A stretch of DNA of 64,000 nucleotides from Octopus sinensis (lineage: Eukaryota), in NCBI RefSeq assembly GCF_006345805.1, contig NC_043015.1, positions 33,232,001-33,296,000 on the forward strand, in the 5' to 3' direction. Made by a program: the position numbers and the translations under genes. The notes under the pieces were generated by a model, which was given only the letters and a program-made list of their open reading frames with translations, searched no databases and was not told the DNA's origin. This document shows, piece after piece, positions 11,718 to 25,471 of this stretch. How positions within the stretch are numbered: the first letter of the stretch is position 1; every line of letters begins with the position of its first letter.

Positions 11718-12045
11718 GTAATAAATCCTTTCTACTATAGGCACAAAGTCTTTGAGGAGGAGGAAGAGAGGACTAGTTGATTACATACACCCCAGTATGC
11801 AACTGGTACCTAATAATAATAACAATGGTAAACCTTTCTACTATAGGCACAAGGACTGAAGTTTTGGGGGAGGGGACTAGTTGATTACATTGACCCAGTA
11901 TGCAACTGGTACTTATTTAATCAACCCCGAAAGGATGAAAGGCAAAGTTAACCATGGCGGAATTTGAACTCGGAGTGTAGTGGCAGATGAAATACCGCTA
12001 AGTATTTCGCCCAGCATGCTAACAATTCTGCCAGCTCACCACTTC
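11718..12045 (-). mobile_element. SINE family B: truncated 3' copy (11718-11810) plus full copy (11811-12045) in tandem
   Basis: cctttctactataggcacaa..gactagttgattaca..cagtatgcaactggtac occurs twice; second copy continues to the head ..ctgccagctc. Confidence 0.8.
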
Positions 12046-13669
12046 AGCTTCTTGTCTGGACACAAAACTAGATTTACAGGAGTTGATACGGTTGATTGAT
12101 TGACTCAGAACGGATTAAAATGGGTTTTTTTAATTTTTATTTAAATCCTGAAATGGATCCCAAGGAACTAAACTGAAGCATTCGGTATGACACTCAACAG
12201 TCTTGGCAATGTGCAGTTAAATACATTTTCTCTTCCATAATAGCAGAGCAAGGAAAATGTAGTTTCATGTTTGTCTGACAGAGTTGAATATCTTCCCATT
12301 CAGAAATGTTAATATCCGAGAACTTAGGAACCTGAATAGTTAAGTAAACAATCCATTCGACATTATAATGCCAGGACTATTCAATATTGACACAGATTCA
12401 CAGAATCTGATTTTAGCCAGATCCACTGAAACCAGTTTTAACTATTATCCACAAAAATCAATTTCAACACAGAATCCACGAGACCAATCTTAGAAGTGAT
12501 CCACAGATTTTAAGAAATGATGGAGAGAGAATCCATCCAATTTCAGGATCTACCAATCAAAATCTGTTGGAAAAGAGCGTACAGACTTAAAGACAACATG
12601 CTAAGATTAAGAAGGAATTAAGTAAATATTTGTGAGAGAATCAGAGTGAAATGTGCATCAATGCATTGTTGTTCTTGCCATTGTTCAAGAAATTAAGAAA
12701 ACATTAAAAAGAAGAAGAGGAGGATTTATACATTAAGAATTCTGAAAAGGAAATGGAAAAATAGTAAGAATAGCAGTGGTGGTGGTGGTGGTAGTGGTAG
12801 TAGAAAATTGTGTAATACAAATATAAAATAACAATAAAAATGAAAATATTGAAGATTTAAGGTAAATTTTCATGGAAACACTAATCCGAAAGATAATTCT
12901 AATTTAAAAAGTAATATTAACCAGATGTAAAATGTTTGTCTGAGGCAAATTAATAAATTTGATTCCATCAAGATAAAAATGAGAGAAAATAAAATAAAAC
13001 AGAAAAAGCATCTTCTAATGTTGTTGTTTGCTATAAATGGCCAACATAATGGAAATGGTCAGCAAGAATTCTAACGGGGGGGGGGGGAGAGCAATTGAAT
13101 TCAAATGAATTGCAGCAGAGACAACATTGGTTAATAACGGCGGAATAGAATAATGTTCCAATAGAAAGATTAACATGTATCTACAACAATGAACTGGACA
13201 GAGAAAACAGAAGGTGATGGCAGAGACATGTAAAAGATATCCATCAATTTAGATACCAGTGATGCACTAGGGAAACAGTAAACAATGGTGTACTATAGAG
13301 ACAGCAGGTACCAGTGGTACACTATGGAGACAGCAGGCATTAGTGGTTCCTCTGTTCTAGAAATACATGTGGAGTGGCACCATCTAAGAATTAAGACTAG
13401 AATTTGCTCTCAATTGTTCACAGTAAGATACAATGCCTGCCTCCTCTCAGCTCTCCTCCTCTTCTTCGTCAATAATCTTTGACAAGTTGTTTTACAACTT
13501 GTCAAAGGTTGAGAGATTTTAGGAAATGACATTTGTATCTTTGAGGAACCTTTCCATTTGTAGTTGGAAACAGCAAAAACAATTGTGAACGTCTGCCAAG
13601 AGACCTAAGGCAAATCGTGATGAACATCACAACATCATAGCTTGACAGTAGCTCACATGCACAACATAA

Positions 13670-14310
13670 TATCATGCAAACATTTGTGAGACTTATACAC
13701 CTAATAACATTTCTGGGAGACTATCGAATCATAGAACTAACAACAACTGTGAAACAGATTATATATAAAATGACACACCTAACAACAATTGTGAGACAGA
13801 TATTGAACTCATAGACCTAACAATTCTGTGACAAATTATAAAATGACATATCCAACAACAATTGGTGAAAGACTATAAAATGATATACCTAACAACAATT
13901 GTGAGAGACTATCAACCGAACAACTGAGACATTCTATATCATACATAGAACTGTTATGAGAGATTATCATACACTCACAACAGTTGTGAGATACATAGTA
14001 ACAACACATAGCTAACAATTCATGTGAAACACATTAACATATACAACTTTACTGTTGCGAAATATACCGACAACAGTAACACAAGCTCTCAACGGCTGCC
14101 ATACAGACATCACAACAGTAATACAGATATTACAACAGCTGCTACGATATAGCAGAGATACAAAACTGTTGTGAGATACACCAACAACAGTAACACAGAC
14201 CTTGCAATAGGTGTCACAAACAGCAGAAACACTAAACTGTTGTGAGATTCGCCAACAACAGTAATACAGACCTGGCAATAGTTGTTACATACAGCAGAGA
14301 CACAAAATTA
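13670..14310. repeat. Degenerate minisatellite (core aacaacaattgtgaga; later units of about 71 bp)
   Basis: Core recurs every 35-55 bp; aaactgttgtgagat..gcagaaac occurs at 14163 and 14234. Confidence 0.7.
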
Positions 14311-14500
14311 AAATTCATTCAACTGTATTCGAATGTGAGGTTAGATGACGATGAAAAGCAATTTAAGGTTTTGATGTCATCAAATTAACAAATGAAAATG
14401 AATGATGTGTATTCACTATAATATTCGTCTCCCCTCACATGCGTATGCAACCACCCCTCTCTCCCGGCTACATCTTTTCTTTTACTCACCTTCTTGTACA

Positions 14501-15492
14501 CAGAGATGCTCTGGCATCTCATCACCACCGTCTACATCTTCTTTCCCGCTACTCTCACCCATCCTTATATGAAACAGGGTAGCTTTGTATTTCCTCTACA
14601 ACAAGACACCTGGGCTGGTCCTTCCGTCACACTTTTACTTCTCAACACCTGGCTTACATCAGTTGCCCTTCTTTCCCTCTCAAACACTAAAAACTCCATT
14701 TTAGTAAAGGAAGCTCTTTCCTTTTTTCCTTCCTGCTGTTAGAACAAAAAAACCCACCCAGTACACCCTGTAAAGTGGTTGGTGTTAGTAAAGGGTATCC
14801 AGCAGTAAAAACCATGCCAAAGCTGACAGTGGAATCCAATGCTGCCCTGCAGCTCACCAGGTCCTGCCAACATGAAAAATGGACATATGAGGGGTAGGTG
14901 ATCGTGTTTGATGTAAAGCCAGCCCTGATCCAGTTATAACCACAGGTACTGCATGGTAGGTGGTTGTAGCTGTTGTTTTAGCCTCAGATCAGACCCAGAG
15001 ATGCTCTGGCATCTCATCACCACCGTCTACATCTTCTTTCCCGCTACTCTCACCCATCCTTATATGAAACAGGGTAGCTTTGTATTTCCTCTACAACAAG
15101 ACACCTGGGCTGGTCCTTCCGTCACACTTTTACTTCTCAACACCTGGCTTACATCAGTTGCCCTTCTTTCCCTCTCAAACACTAAAAACTCCATTTTAGT
15201 AAAGGAAGCTCTTTCCTTTTTTCCTTCCTGCTGTTAGAACAAAAAAACCCACCCAGTACACCCTGTAAAGTGGTTGGTGTTAGTAAAGGGTATCCAGCAG
15301 TAAAAACCATGCCAAAGCTGACAGTGGAATCCAATGCTGCCCTGCAGCTCACCAGGTCCTGCCAACATGAAAAATGGACATATGAGGGGTAGGTGATCGT
15401 GTTTGATGTAAAGCCAGCCCTGATCCAGTTATAACCACAGGTACTGCATGGTAGGTGGTTGTAGCTGTTGTTTTAGCCTCAGATCAGACCCA
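14501..15492 (+). repeat. Direct tandem duplication, period 495 bp, no differences seen by eye
   Basis: cagagatgctctggcatctc.. starts at 14501 and 14996; both copies end ..ctcagatcagacc; the ORF track shows the same peptide twice. Confidence 0.95.
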
Positions 15493-16093
15493 ATCCAAAC
15501 AGGCAAATGATCAATGATACCCTAGCTATGACTATATCTTTTATTCAGGCATTTTACATGAACTACATTATTCAATGGGATTAAAGACAGAAACATTTGG
15601 CTGCTATTTCTAAATCAATCCACCCTATAAGAGTATACTTAATATACTATGATATACATCTATTATTGTTTATCATTCTAAAGCAAAAACCTTTCAGCTG
15701 TGATTATTGTTTTTTTTTTTCTTTCCGAGCAGAGTTGATATTTACATTTATACACTGTGTCCCTTCTTTTTTTTATTTTAAAGTAGAATTTGAGAGAGAT
15801 TTGACTTTTATTTCTAATAGATCAAATGACTATAAAGAGGTTTTGTAATTTGGTTGGTGATAGATATAAACAGTTGCTAAACCTCAGAGAATTAAGGAAT
15901 GCCCTGGTTGCACACAGGCTGTGCAGTGGTCAGAAAACTAACGTTACATTTGGAGAGATGACCTCCTACTATAAATAGTATTACAGTTGAATGCATTTTG
16001 GTGAGAAGATACTATAGAGGTGATGAAGAACACAGAAATGGCATAAAATGAACATGATAACCACAACACAACCACAGTTAACATTTTGGTTAC

Positions 16094-16114
16094 CTGGTTT
16101 CTTCTCAGGAGGAC
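16094..16114 (-). CDS. dlg1: Candidate alternative 21-nt Dlg microexon in HOOK (R-PPEKKP), phase 1-1
   Basis: ttttcttattgcatgcctcatag|GTCCTCCTGAGAAGAAACCAG|GTAACC; frame-preserving, no stop. Confidence 0.45.
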
Positions 16115-19100
16115 CTATGAGGCATGCAATAAGAAAATCCAGCTAGAATGTTGATGAAACCACACATACAACACACACAGAGAAAATAGACAATTTTGTT
16201 CCTAACTTTGATACAACACACATCAAACTACAGTAAAGATGATAGCAAGAAACATTAGATTTTAATTAATTAAAAACAAACTAAATTAACTTTATTCATG
16301 CATGGGAAGACAAATTAATTAAATTATAAACTTTATAAGTATTTTCCTTATGATTTTATTGTTATTCTCAATAATAAAATGCTTTTTTTTAACATTTAGT
16401 TTCAAACATTTTTCGAGGGGTTTGTTACATTAGTTATTTACAAATTTCTAATTTAATGTTAAGTTTTTGATAAGAAAGTAAAGAAATTACAAAAAATATA
16501 TATAATTCCATCCAATATCAGAGATACATGCATTTCATAATAAAACAAAGTGATAGTATCATCGTTATTTGACATCCATTTTATATCCATGCTAACAAGG
16601 GTTGGACTGACTGCATGTCCCTCCACCCATTGCGATTCTTCATCTTCTAGCATACACGACAACAGAGGAGGAGGAAAAAAAAAAAAGCAGCTGTCTCTGA
16701 TGTTGTGTATGTCGGAATTTTGGTAGGATTTCCAAAATAATGACATGATACAACTGTGAAGAGTAACTGATAACCTGTTGCTTGTATATTATAAGCAATA
16801 GTAATAATAATAAATTGATAATAATAAATTAATAATAATAACAATAATAATAAATTGATAATAATAACAATGATAAGATCAGGTAGCATGGCTATCTACA
16901 CTACAAACATTCAAATACACTGAGTGGAAAAATAGTGTCAAGTCAATAGTATTGCAAAAGAGTGTTATGAGGTGGTGGGCATGGAAGTATGAAGTTTGGC
17001 ATTCCAACATTTGAAGAACTATTTTCAGAGAAATATTAAGAGATTCAGCAAAATGGTGGGTGAGTGAAATATACTAAAAAATAAAAAAATTTAAAAACAA
17101 ACAAAATAAAGATTTGAAATGAAAGATTGGTGTCGTAATTAACAGAATTAAGCTGTAATTAAACATTTCCAAACGCTGTGACTAAAGAAGAGGAAAAGGT
17201 GATGAAATAAATGAACACATATTGGCATGTGTGTATGTTGGTGCATGCGACTGAGTTTGGGTGCACACATACACACACTCACACATGCACACAGCTATCT
17301 ATGGAGATAGAGAGACAAACTTAGGAAGACTGTGTTGTTCTAAAGAAGATGATACATAAACCAAATATAGAAAAAGCAAAAATGAAGAGGATGGCAGATG
17401 GTAATTGAGAGATGAAGCTGGTGAAGGAGAGCATGGAAAAAAACAATATGTATGATAAACAATTAAATATAATTTGATGACATGGACGCCTAATATTTTC
17501 TAACAGAAGGTTCTAAGGCCAGAGGTTTTTGTAAGAATTTGAGCCCAAAACATGGCCAGTACATTATTTTATCATCACCACTGTGTTTTATTTTACCAAC
17601 CCAGAAATATGAGCGGTAAAGTTGACCTTGGTGGAATTTGAACTCATAACGTAAATGGCAATAGATAACTCCTAGAAGACAACATGTCAGTCAATCTTCC
17701 ATTTCAAAATAATAATCTTCATCATTTAAGAATATTGGTACAAATGAAATTATGCTAGTCATGATTTCTAACTGTAAGATTTACAAGTTTGTGTAAACCC
17801 TACACAAACTTGTAGGAGTTGGCTAGTTATAAATGTAAAAGAGATCATAACCCTGCTTCTGCTACCTAAGTGTCTTTAACATGAATGATAAACAACAATA
17901 TTCATAAAATTCAATTTACATCTCAACAACCTGGAATCTTTAAAGGAGGTGCATGTCTTTGTGGAACTTTCATTCCAAAGATGAGGAGGAAAAAGAAAAT
18001 GTGAGTAGTACTCCAGTTAATGCAACAAAGAATAAATGTGAATTCTATGAAACAACTTGTTGGCTCCAACAGTTGTCAATAGGCAGTATTAGTAATAGAT
18101 AACAGGGTGTTTAGTTGCTCCTACAAGCAGAGAGGCATTTAAAAACAAACTACAATACTATGATCTACTCACTAGCATTTTAAGCAGGGATTTTTGTATG
18201 CTGGGTGCTTTATATATGCTTTTAATAAGTGGTCCTGCAAAAGTAACTTTTAATATGTAACCTATACACATATATTCAAACTGTGGCCAGTACACAAAAA
18301 CCTTTCACCACTGGTTGCTTCATAAGTGTCTTTGATCTCAGGGCCTTATACAGATACCTTTAATCTGTGATCTTATACAAATTACTATGTGCCTGTGCAG
18401 GTACATCTATGGCCTCATGTAAGTACTTTTAATCAACAACAGTTGAGCAGGTGTACATTACAGATTTTAAAGAAAATATTGTGTCTTCAACTCACTTTGT
18501 AAATTATTTATTCATCAGGTAGAATTTCTCAAAGAGAAATATCTTACAATGGTTACAAAGGAGGTGAGGAAAATTCCACATGTGGCCTTCATGCCTTTTC
18601 CAAAACTGAATAAACGAAACAGAGGTAGCTACAACCAGGAATAAAAACGAAGCTGTACAAATAATTTGCTTGGAGCTTCAGCCTAACAGTAGTTTGATTA
18701 GCAATTAGTTCATCATAATTATTGTGATTAACCTTTATTAAAGAATGGGAATTACCACAAAAGGTCTTCATTTAAACAAAGATAAATGAAATAATTAAAA
18801 AAAAAAAGTTACACTAAACAAAGGCAAGCAAATAAATTCAAATAAAGAACAAATGTGTGTATTTATGAATGCGTATTTGTGTGGATGTGTATTTAAGTGT
18901 GTGCGTGCATGTGTGTTTGTGTGGTTATTAGCTGGACAGTTACAGACAGTGAGATCTAATCCAAACAGAAGAAGACAATACTCTAAGTGGTGACACGTTA
19001 AGGAATGTGGGTGTGATATACAGATGTCAACCCAGAAGGGTTTAGGGCAGCAGCAATATTTATCATTCAATGCTGGCTGTTCTTTAGAAATGTTAACTCC

Positions 19101-19737
19101 ACTGTCTGTTTCTGCTGGACTAACTGACACACAAACATATATGTACACACACAAGATTAACCAATTCTGCATCCTCTCACCATCATATGGCTTTCATTCT
19201 TGTTTTTGTTCATAGTAGTCATGGAATATTGGCCACTGAGAATCAGCTCAAAACAGCTAAAGCAATTTGTCTAGAATCTGTTGCATTAGTGCCATAATTA
19301 CATTTCATAATATACGAAAAAAAGAAAAAAAAAAGTGTGTGTGTGTGGGGGGGGCATGACTGAACTGAAAATTATTGCATAACAATGTGCCTGATATTAT
19401 GGATATCAATTTGATGTAAACTAAAACAGAGAAACGGTCCTTGTTAATGGGATATGAACTGTGTAACTGTAGTGGTTACATGGCAAATGGAGGCTACATG
19501 ATTAAAAAAACCAACGATGGTTAGTGAAGCATCTAACGACAAATTCTTACATGCCCAGTAAACAGCAGATAGTTGATTCCACACCTACCGTTAGTGAGCC
19601 ATTGGATGGGGGGGTGTTGTTTGTTTTTCTTTGAAATTTATGTTTATAATGTTTTATATCATTTACATTAAATTTTTCATAAACACGGAATCTACACAAG
19701 TATCTTTCCCCTGTGTCCCTACACAAGTACCTTCAAA

Positions 19738-19954
19738 CCGTTTAGCATACAGATTACTCTATTAAATGTAATTCTTATTTATCTAAGTGTGTTTTGAATT
19801 AATCAAGCATTATCTTGTAAATATGAGATTTCAATGATGTGATTGTTTATTTTTAGAAGGACATTGTAAGATAGGTGTGATATGCCAGATTTGGTCAGTT
19901 TGAGCAGAAAACAGAACACTTGGTCTGGATATGACCAGTTGAAATGCTAAAGGG
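19738..19954. mobile_element. piggyBac-like MITE (ends CCCTTTAGCATT...AATGCTAAAGGG, TTAA flank)
   Basis: Right end aatgctaaaggg|ttaa; left end degraded; same family at about 34150-34372, 43230-43445 and 62340-62547. Confidence 0.7.
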
Positions 19955-22204
19955 TTAATATGTGGTCACTACACAAATACTTCACTTCTGGGAGATACAC
20001 AAGTACTATCAGTATGTGGTTCCAAGAATGGGACCACTCATCTGTAGTCCCCATATAAATGTGCCTGTCGGGTGGATTTGAACTGGGCACTTTTGTTTCA
20101 TAGCATAAACATCACTTTTTCTACATGCAGACACAAGAGCAAATATAGTGGTGAGAAAAGGGTGCAGATTTGGTGTAGTTGAAAGTGGTTGGTGACAGTG
20201 ATGGTGGAAATGTGTGAGCATGAAGCGGGTACAACAGCACATGGCTAGAAGCAGGTTGACAATAATCTAGAAACAAACAGAGTAAAAACCTTGGCCAGGG
20301 CAATCGCCTTCTGCATGCAGAAAAAACAAGAAATCATATTGGTTAGCTTTTGGCGCAATAGAAATTGGTAAGGAAAACAAAGAAATAATAATAATAATAA
20401 TAACAACAACAACAACAATTTGTAATGTTGGCAGAGAGCCAGAAAATTTGGGCAGGAAGGAGATCGAGGAAATTGAGTCCAGTACATCAATGGTACTTTA
20501 TTGACTGCTGGAGGGATAAAAGGCTTGGTGAGTCTTGAAATAAGAAAGTAAAGGACATGACAAAATACCACAAGGTATTTTGTCTGACACTCTACCAATT
20601 CTACCAATCCACTGCCAAGTATATCAAAAATAATATTAATGGAATCCCAGAGATTATTCAAGAAACTCATTCATTAAAAGTGACTTTACAAAAAGATTGT
20701 CTAATTAACATTAATGCAGGAGAGACTTCTGAATATATTAAATGATAACATTTGTTACCATATCAGTGTACTCAAAGACAAGGAGACTGTAGTGAAGTCT
20801 AAAGCCAATTTTGAAAACCAAATAACCTATTGCGTATTAGCCCAAAAACAAAATGGAATAACAGCGCCTACGGCACAAGTTGAACTTATGATGCAACAGA
20901 CTGGGGTTCAATATCTATTCAGTTATTTACACATTACTAATGATTTCTAACATTAACCACAAGACCACAAATTATTAAGGACAGGAGTGGGCAAAACTGG
21001 TTAAATTGGCTTATAATAATAATAACAACAACAAGAATAATACGAATTGTTTTGTAATTATTGTTCCAAGTAATTACAAGTCATTGTTGCTTTGATGATT
21101 TTTCAGATCTCTTATAGCAACATATTGTAACATCTCCTTAAATGAACTGACCTAGAATTGTGGGTGGACTTCCTTGTTACTTCAACGAGTGAGGTTTTAA
21201 CAAAACATAGCTTAATAACAACCATCGTCTTATGGCTGCCTGTGTGCAGGGTCAAACCTGAACCCTTCCTGTAGTATCCTTTACCTCTTTGCCCTTTTGC
21301 CATTGAACTTATGAATGAAAGCATATTGGTGGCTGGTGCTTTCTGCAGAGACAGTCCCACTTTCTCAGTCTTCAAACTTGTACTGGTCTAATGCAACAAG
21401 TTCCATGAACCCAGTAATTAAAAGGATGTAGGATCTTTATAATGAGAAGCTAAAGAACTGAGGGACCTCATCTGCTCCGGGTTTGTTTAGGGTGTCAATA
21501 AATGACTCTCTTCCAGAGGCAACTTAGAATTTTAAACCCGGTAATATTACATTTACTAGTATAATCTAGTATTGTAACTCCAGTAGTATATTAAGTAGTA
21601 TAGACTAGTATTGAAACCAGAACAATAATACTTGAACTTGTATGTCTTATTATTCCTACTTCAATCAAGTTAGACTGAAATACAGAACCGACTGAGGCAA
21701 ACTGGAAACAGTTGCAGTGTGTGTGGTAAAATTTCATTGCAGAAGAATATAGTAAATGTTTTACACACAATTTAGGGGAAGAGAGAGAATATATTTAGAC
21801 TTATTGCGGAATTGTTAATGAAGAGAATAATTAATAAGTTTCAAACGTACCTTCTATAATCCAGAAAAGCAGCCAAAAGAAGAGGAGAGAAGATAATAAA
21901 TATTAATTCATTTTTCAAAGAATAAAAATAATATTAACACAAGGTTGCATGGTTTAGAGAAAAGCAACAATGAATTTCAAGAGACATTAGTAATGTGACT
22001 AGTTCTTTACTTTACCAATGCTGAAAGTCCTTAATGTTCTGAGTTCAAATCTTGCCAAAGTATTGTATCTGGGACATTTTTATCGAATCTCATGATTTTG
22101 AAAAACATTTGGGGAGGAGCTAAGTTGACTAAATTGGTCCCAGAGGGATCATAGAGTAAAGTGTATAAGGATGGACTTGAACCCATTAAGCAGTGGACTC
22201 TGTA

Positions 22205-22520
22205 ACAGGTAAAGACCCCCTTCGGTCATGAATGACCATGGGATTGCACCGAGTAAATTCCCCTCTGAGCCACAAGTCTGGGCAAGGTTGTTTATGGGTG
22301 GCCAGCAGTCGCCCATGCATACCAGCCTCCCCTCTCCATGCCACTGATGTTATCCAAGGGAAAGGCAAAGGCCGATACAGCTTGGCACCAGTGATGTTGC
22401 AATTCATTTCTACAGCTGAGTGAACTGGAGCAACATGAAATAGAGTGTCTTGCTCAAGAACACAACTCACAGCCTCATGATTGTGAGTCTGACACTTGAA
22501 CCACTGAGCCACACGCCTTC
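22205..22520 (-). mobile_element. SINE family C copy
   Basis: Same body as 8885-9170; head ..gaaccactgagccacacgcc. Confidence 0.8.
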
Positions 22521-25268
22521 ACAGATTCTGTAACAATATATATATTATATATTCATTTGTTCAATTTCTATGTCCATTATTCCATGCTGACAAGAAGTGC
22601 TTAGACAAAGCTTGTTGAGGTCAGATGCCCTTTCAACTGCAAACCTGTTTCCCACTAGTATGGGTGATTGAGACCAGATATCCATTTTTTTGTTTGTATT
22701 GTGTTAACGACAAGACACAAGATGTCAGTCACACAAATTCACACACACACACATCTGTGTGTGAGTGTATTAAGATATCCTTATTTGGAAGGTCTTTTGA
22801 AAATAACAGCATTTACTGATGGTGTTACCATTGAGTGAAATCAAATCTATTAAGATCAAGTTATCTGTGACATCACAATTGTTCTCCAACCAAATGGTTT
22901 TTGGTTCAGACTTACTGTGTAGCACTTCGGGTGAGTGTCTATTGCTATAACCCCGAGTTAACCAAAGCCTTGTGAGTGGATTTGAGAGACGTAAATTGAA
23001 AGAAGCCTATTGTATAAGTATGGGTATGTATGTTTGTGCCTCGTTGTCTTGCAAGTAAATGAATCGCATTTATTTCCAATATTCCACGAAACCAATTCTG
23101 GCCATGGGAAAATATTATTCTTGCTTGGAAACTGGTAAAGGTTGGTGACAGGAAAGGCATCTGGTCCTATAAAATTTGTTTCAACAAACTCCATCTATTC
23201 CATGCAAACATGGAAAAATGGACATTAAAATGGTGATGATTATACATACACACACACAATTCCATTCACAACAAAGCATTAGTTGGTCTAAGGGTATAGC
23301 AGAAAACACTTGCCCATGGTGCCATGTAGTGCAACCTGAACCCAAAGCCACATGGCTGCAAAGATGATTTCACAAGCACACATACACACACATTTATGTA
23401 GATCCTAAATTTAAATATCTATTAGTGAACTGTATTATGAATAATATATTATGTCAACATTACATTGTCTTTTATTTCCTTCCATAGTTTATGAACCAAT
23501 AACTGTTTTACAGAAAGACTATTGTTGTGTGTGTGTATCAAGCTTTGGACTCTGTTCCATTGTTTATAGTTTCCCTACAGGGATGTGGCTGAATTATACT
23601 ACACAAGCTACCAATCCCACAAGTATTTAGAAGAGGGAATAATTTGAGTGATCCTTTGCCTGTCCAAAGCATTTTCATAAGTCTGCCCTAAACATCCAAA
23701 CTCATTTTCAGGCTTTTAGTTATCCCTTGTTTCATATGTTCTAAAGCTTTCCTTTCATTAAGTCCCAAATTACTCAGGGTTTTGAAAAAAGAAGAAAAGA
23801 AAAAAAAAAGTGGGAATGTGAATCATATATTAAGCATGGCTGCCAGGAGAAAAATATCCTGTGTAGCACAAGTGACACACAGGACAGACAAAGGGTTAAA
23901 TTGACCCAGCCCTTGACTGATGCTTTATTATTGATTCTGTAATGATTTCCGACGCTAACTGACAGGGAGTGAGGGAGTTGGGGGTGGGGGAGGATGTAAT
24001 CAACTGAATAAAGTCTGTTAAATGATTGGAGAATATATTTTATCTTTCAGAGAAAGGTTGAAAGGGGAAAGTTGCTTCGGCAGGATTTGAACTCAGAATG
24101 TAGAAAAAACTAAACTAAACATTGCAAATTATTTACTCTGGAAATCTTACAAACTTTACATTTATGAAAAAAAAAATGTTTTTAACAGTAATTGTCCTAC
24201 AATTCTATGAATGTGTAACAAGCAAAACATTGCAACAAAGATTTCTACCTGTAGCAAGAAAACCCTATTTAATGTGTGTTTGTTTATGTGTGTGAGAGAG
24301 AGCAGTCTGTCTGAGTACATTTGTCTATATATGTATACATATATGTGTATGTATATATATATATATATAAATGTATATATATGTATACATATATGTCTTT
24401 ATGAATATATGTATACACGAATGTATATATGTATATAGTCTTCAACATATTTCTGCAACTTTTGCAGTTTTAAACTTAATAAACCACTGAGCACCACATA
24501 AAGTGCCACTTGTCTCTACCAAAATGGCTTTCTATCCCTACACAAAGTGCATCTTGTCCTCACTCATGGTACTAATCATCTCCAAACTATTAACCATCTG
24601 TTTCCCAAATGCACAAGGCCTATGGCTATAGCAGAGGACACTTAGTCAGTGCTGTGTAGTGGGTCTTATCTTGAAACCATATGGTTGCAAAGTGAGCATC
24701 TCAACCACAAAGCCATACCTGAGCCTTTTTTTGGTGTGTGTGTGTGTGAAAAGGTAATGATATCTACATGAGTGATTCCTAATTCAGCAAAGTACAAGTG
24801 GTAGTATAATTACTGGTATCATTGTCTTATTGAACAGTGATCCACTATCAGCACAATATATATCTAGTCTAATCCTGACCAACAATCATAACAACAGTTA
24901 CTAAAACCTAGGTCTTCACTGGCAATACTTCTTCACAGTTGTTTGAACTTCTAGAAATAGAAGCTAAATATATACATACTCCATCTGTTAATTAATAAAA
25001 GACACAGGTTTATATGATCCCTCGATATAATGAGTCATGAGGGCTGCTAGAGCAGGGTTGATGACCTGTGTGTGTTTGTGTGTGTGTGTATAAATATACA
25101 TATGTATATATAAATAACAACAGAGCTAACAGTGAAGGATTATCAATCCAGGCAAAATACTTTATAAGCTCTCTGTTGGCACACCCCAGGCTAACAATAT
25201 TGTTTAGACTAGTGAAGAACACTTGGAGTTCCTCACACCGGTCTGTCAGTCTGTGTGTGTGTGTGTGT

Positions 25269-25321
<53 letters not shown>

Positions 25322-25471
25322 TATATATATGTGCGTGTGTGAATGTATGTATGTATATGTACATATATTCAAGTGTTAGTTTGTCAATTAAAGAAAAGCG
25401 TACTGCAAATATGATGTCAAGTAATTATGTATTGAGAAAAAAAAGGGCAAGGCGGCACCAGCAGAACTTAC

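Noticed and set aside
13780-13910. lac-operator-like AATTGTGAG motifs
   Set aside because: Only the 9-mer core of a local minisatellite; no bacterial or vector context.
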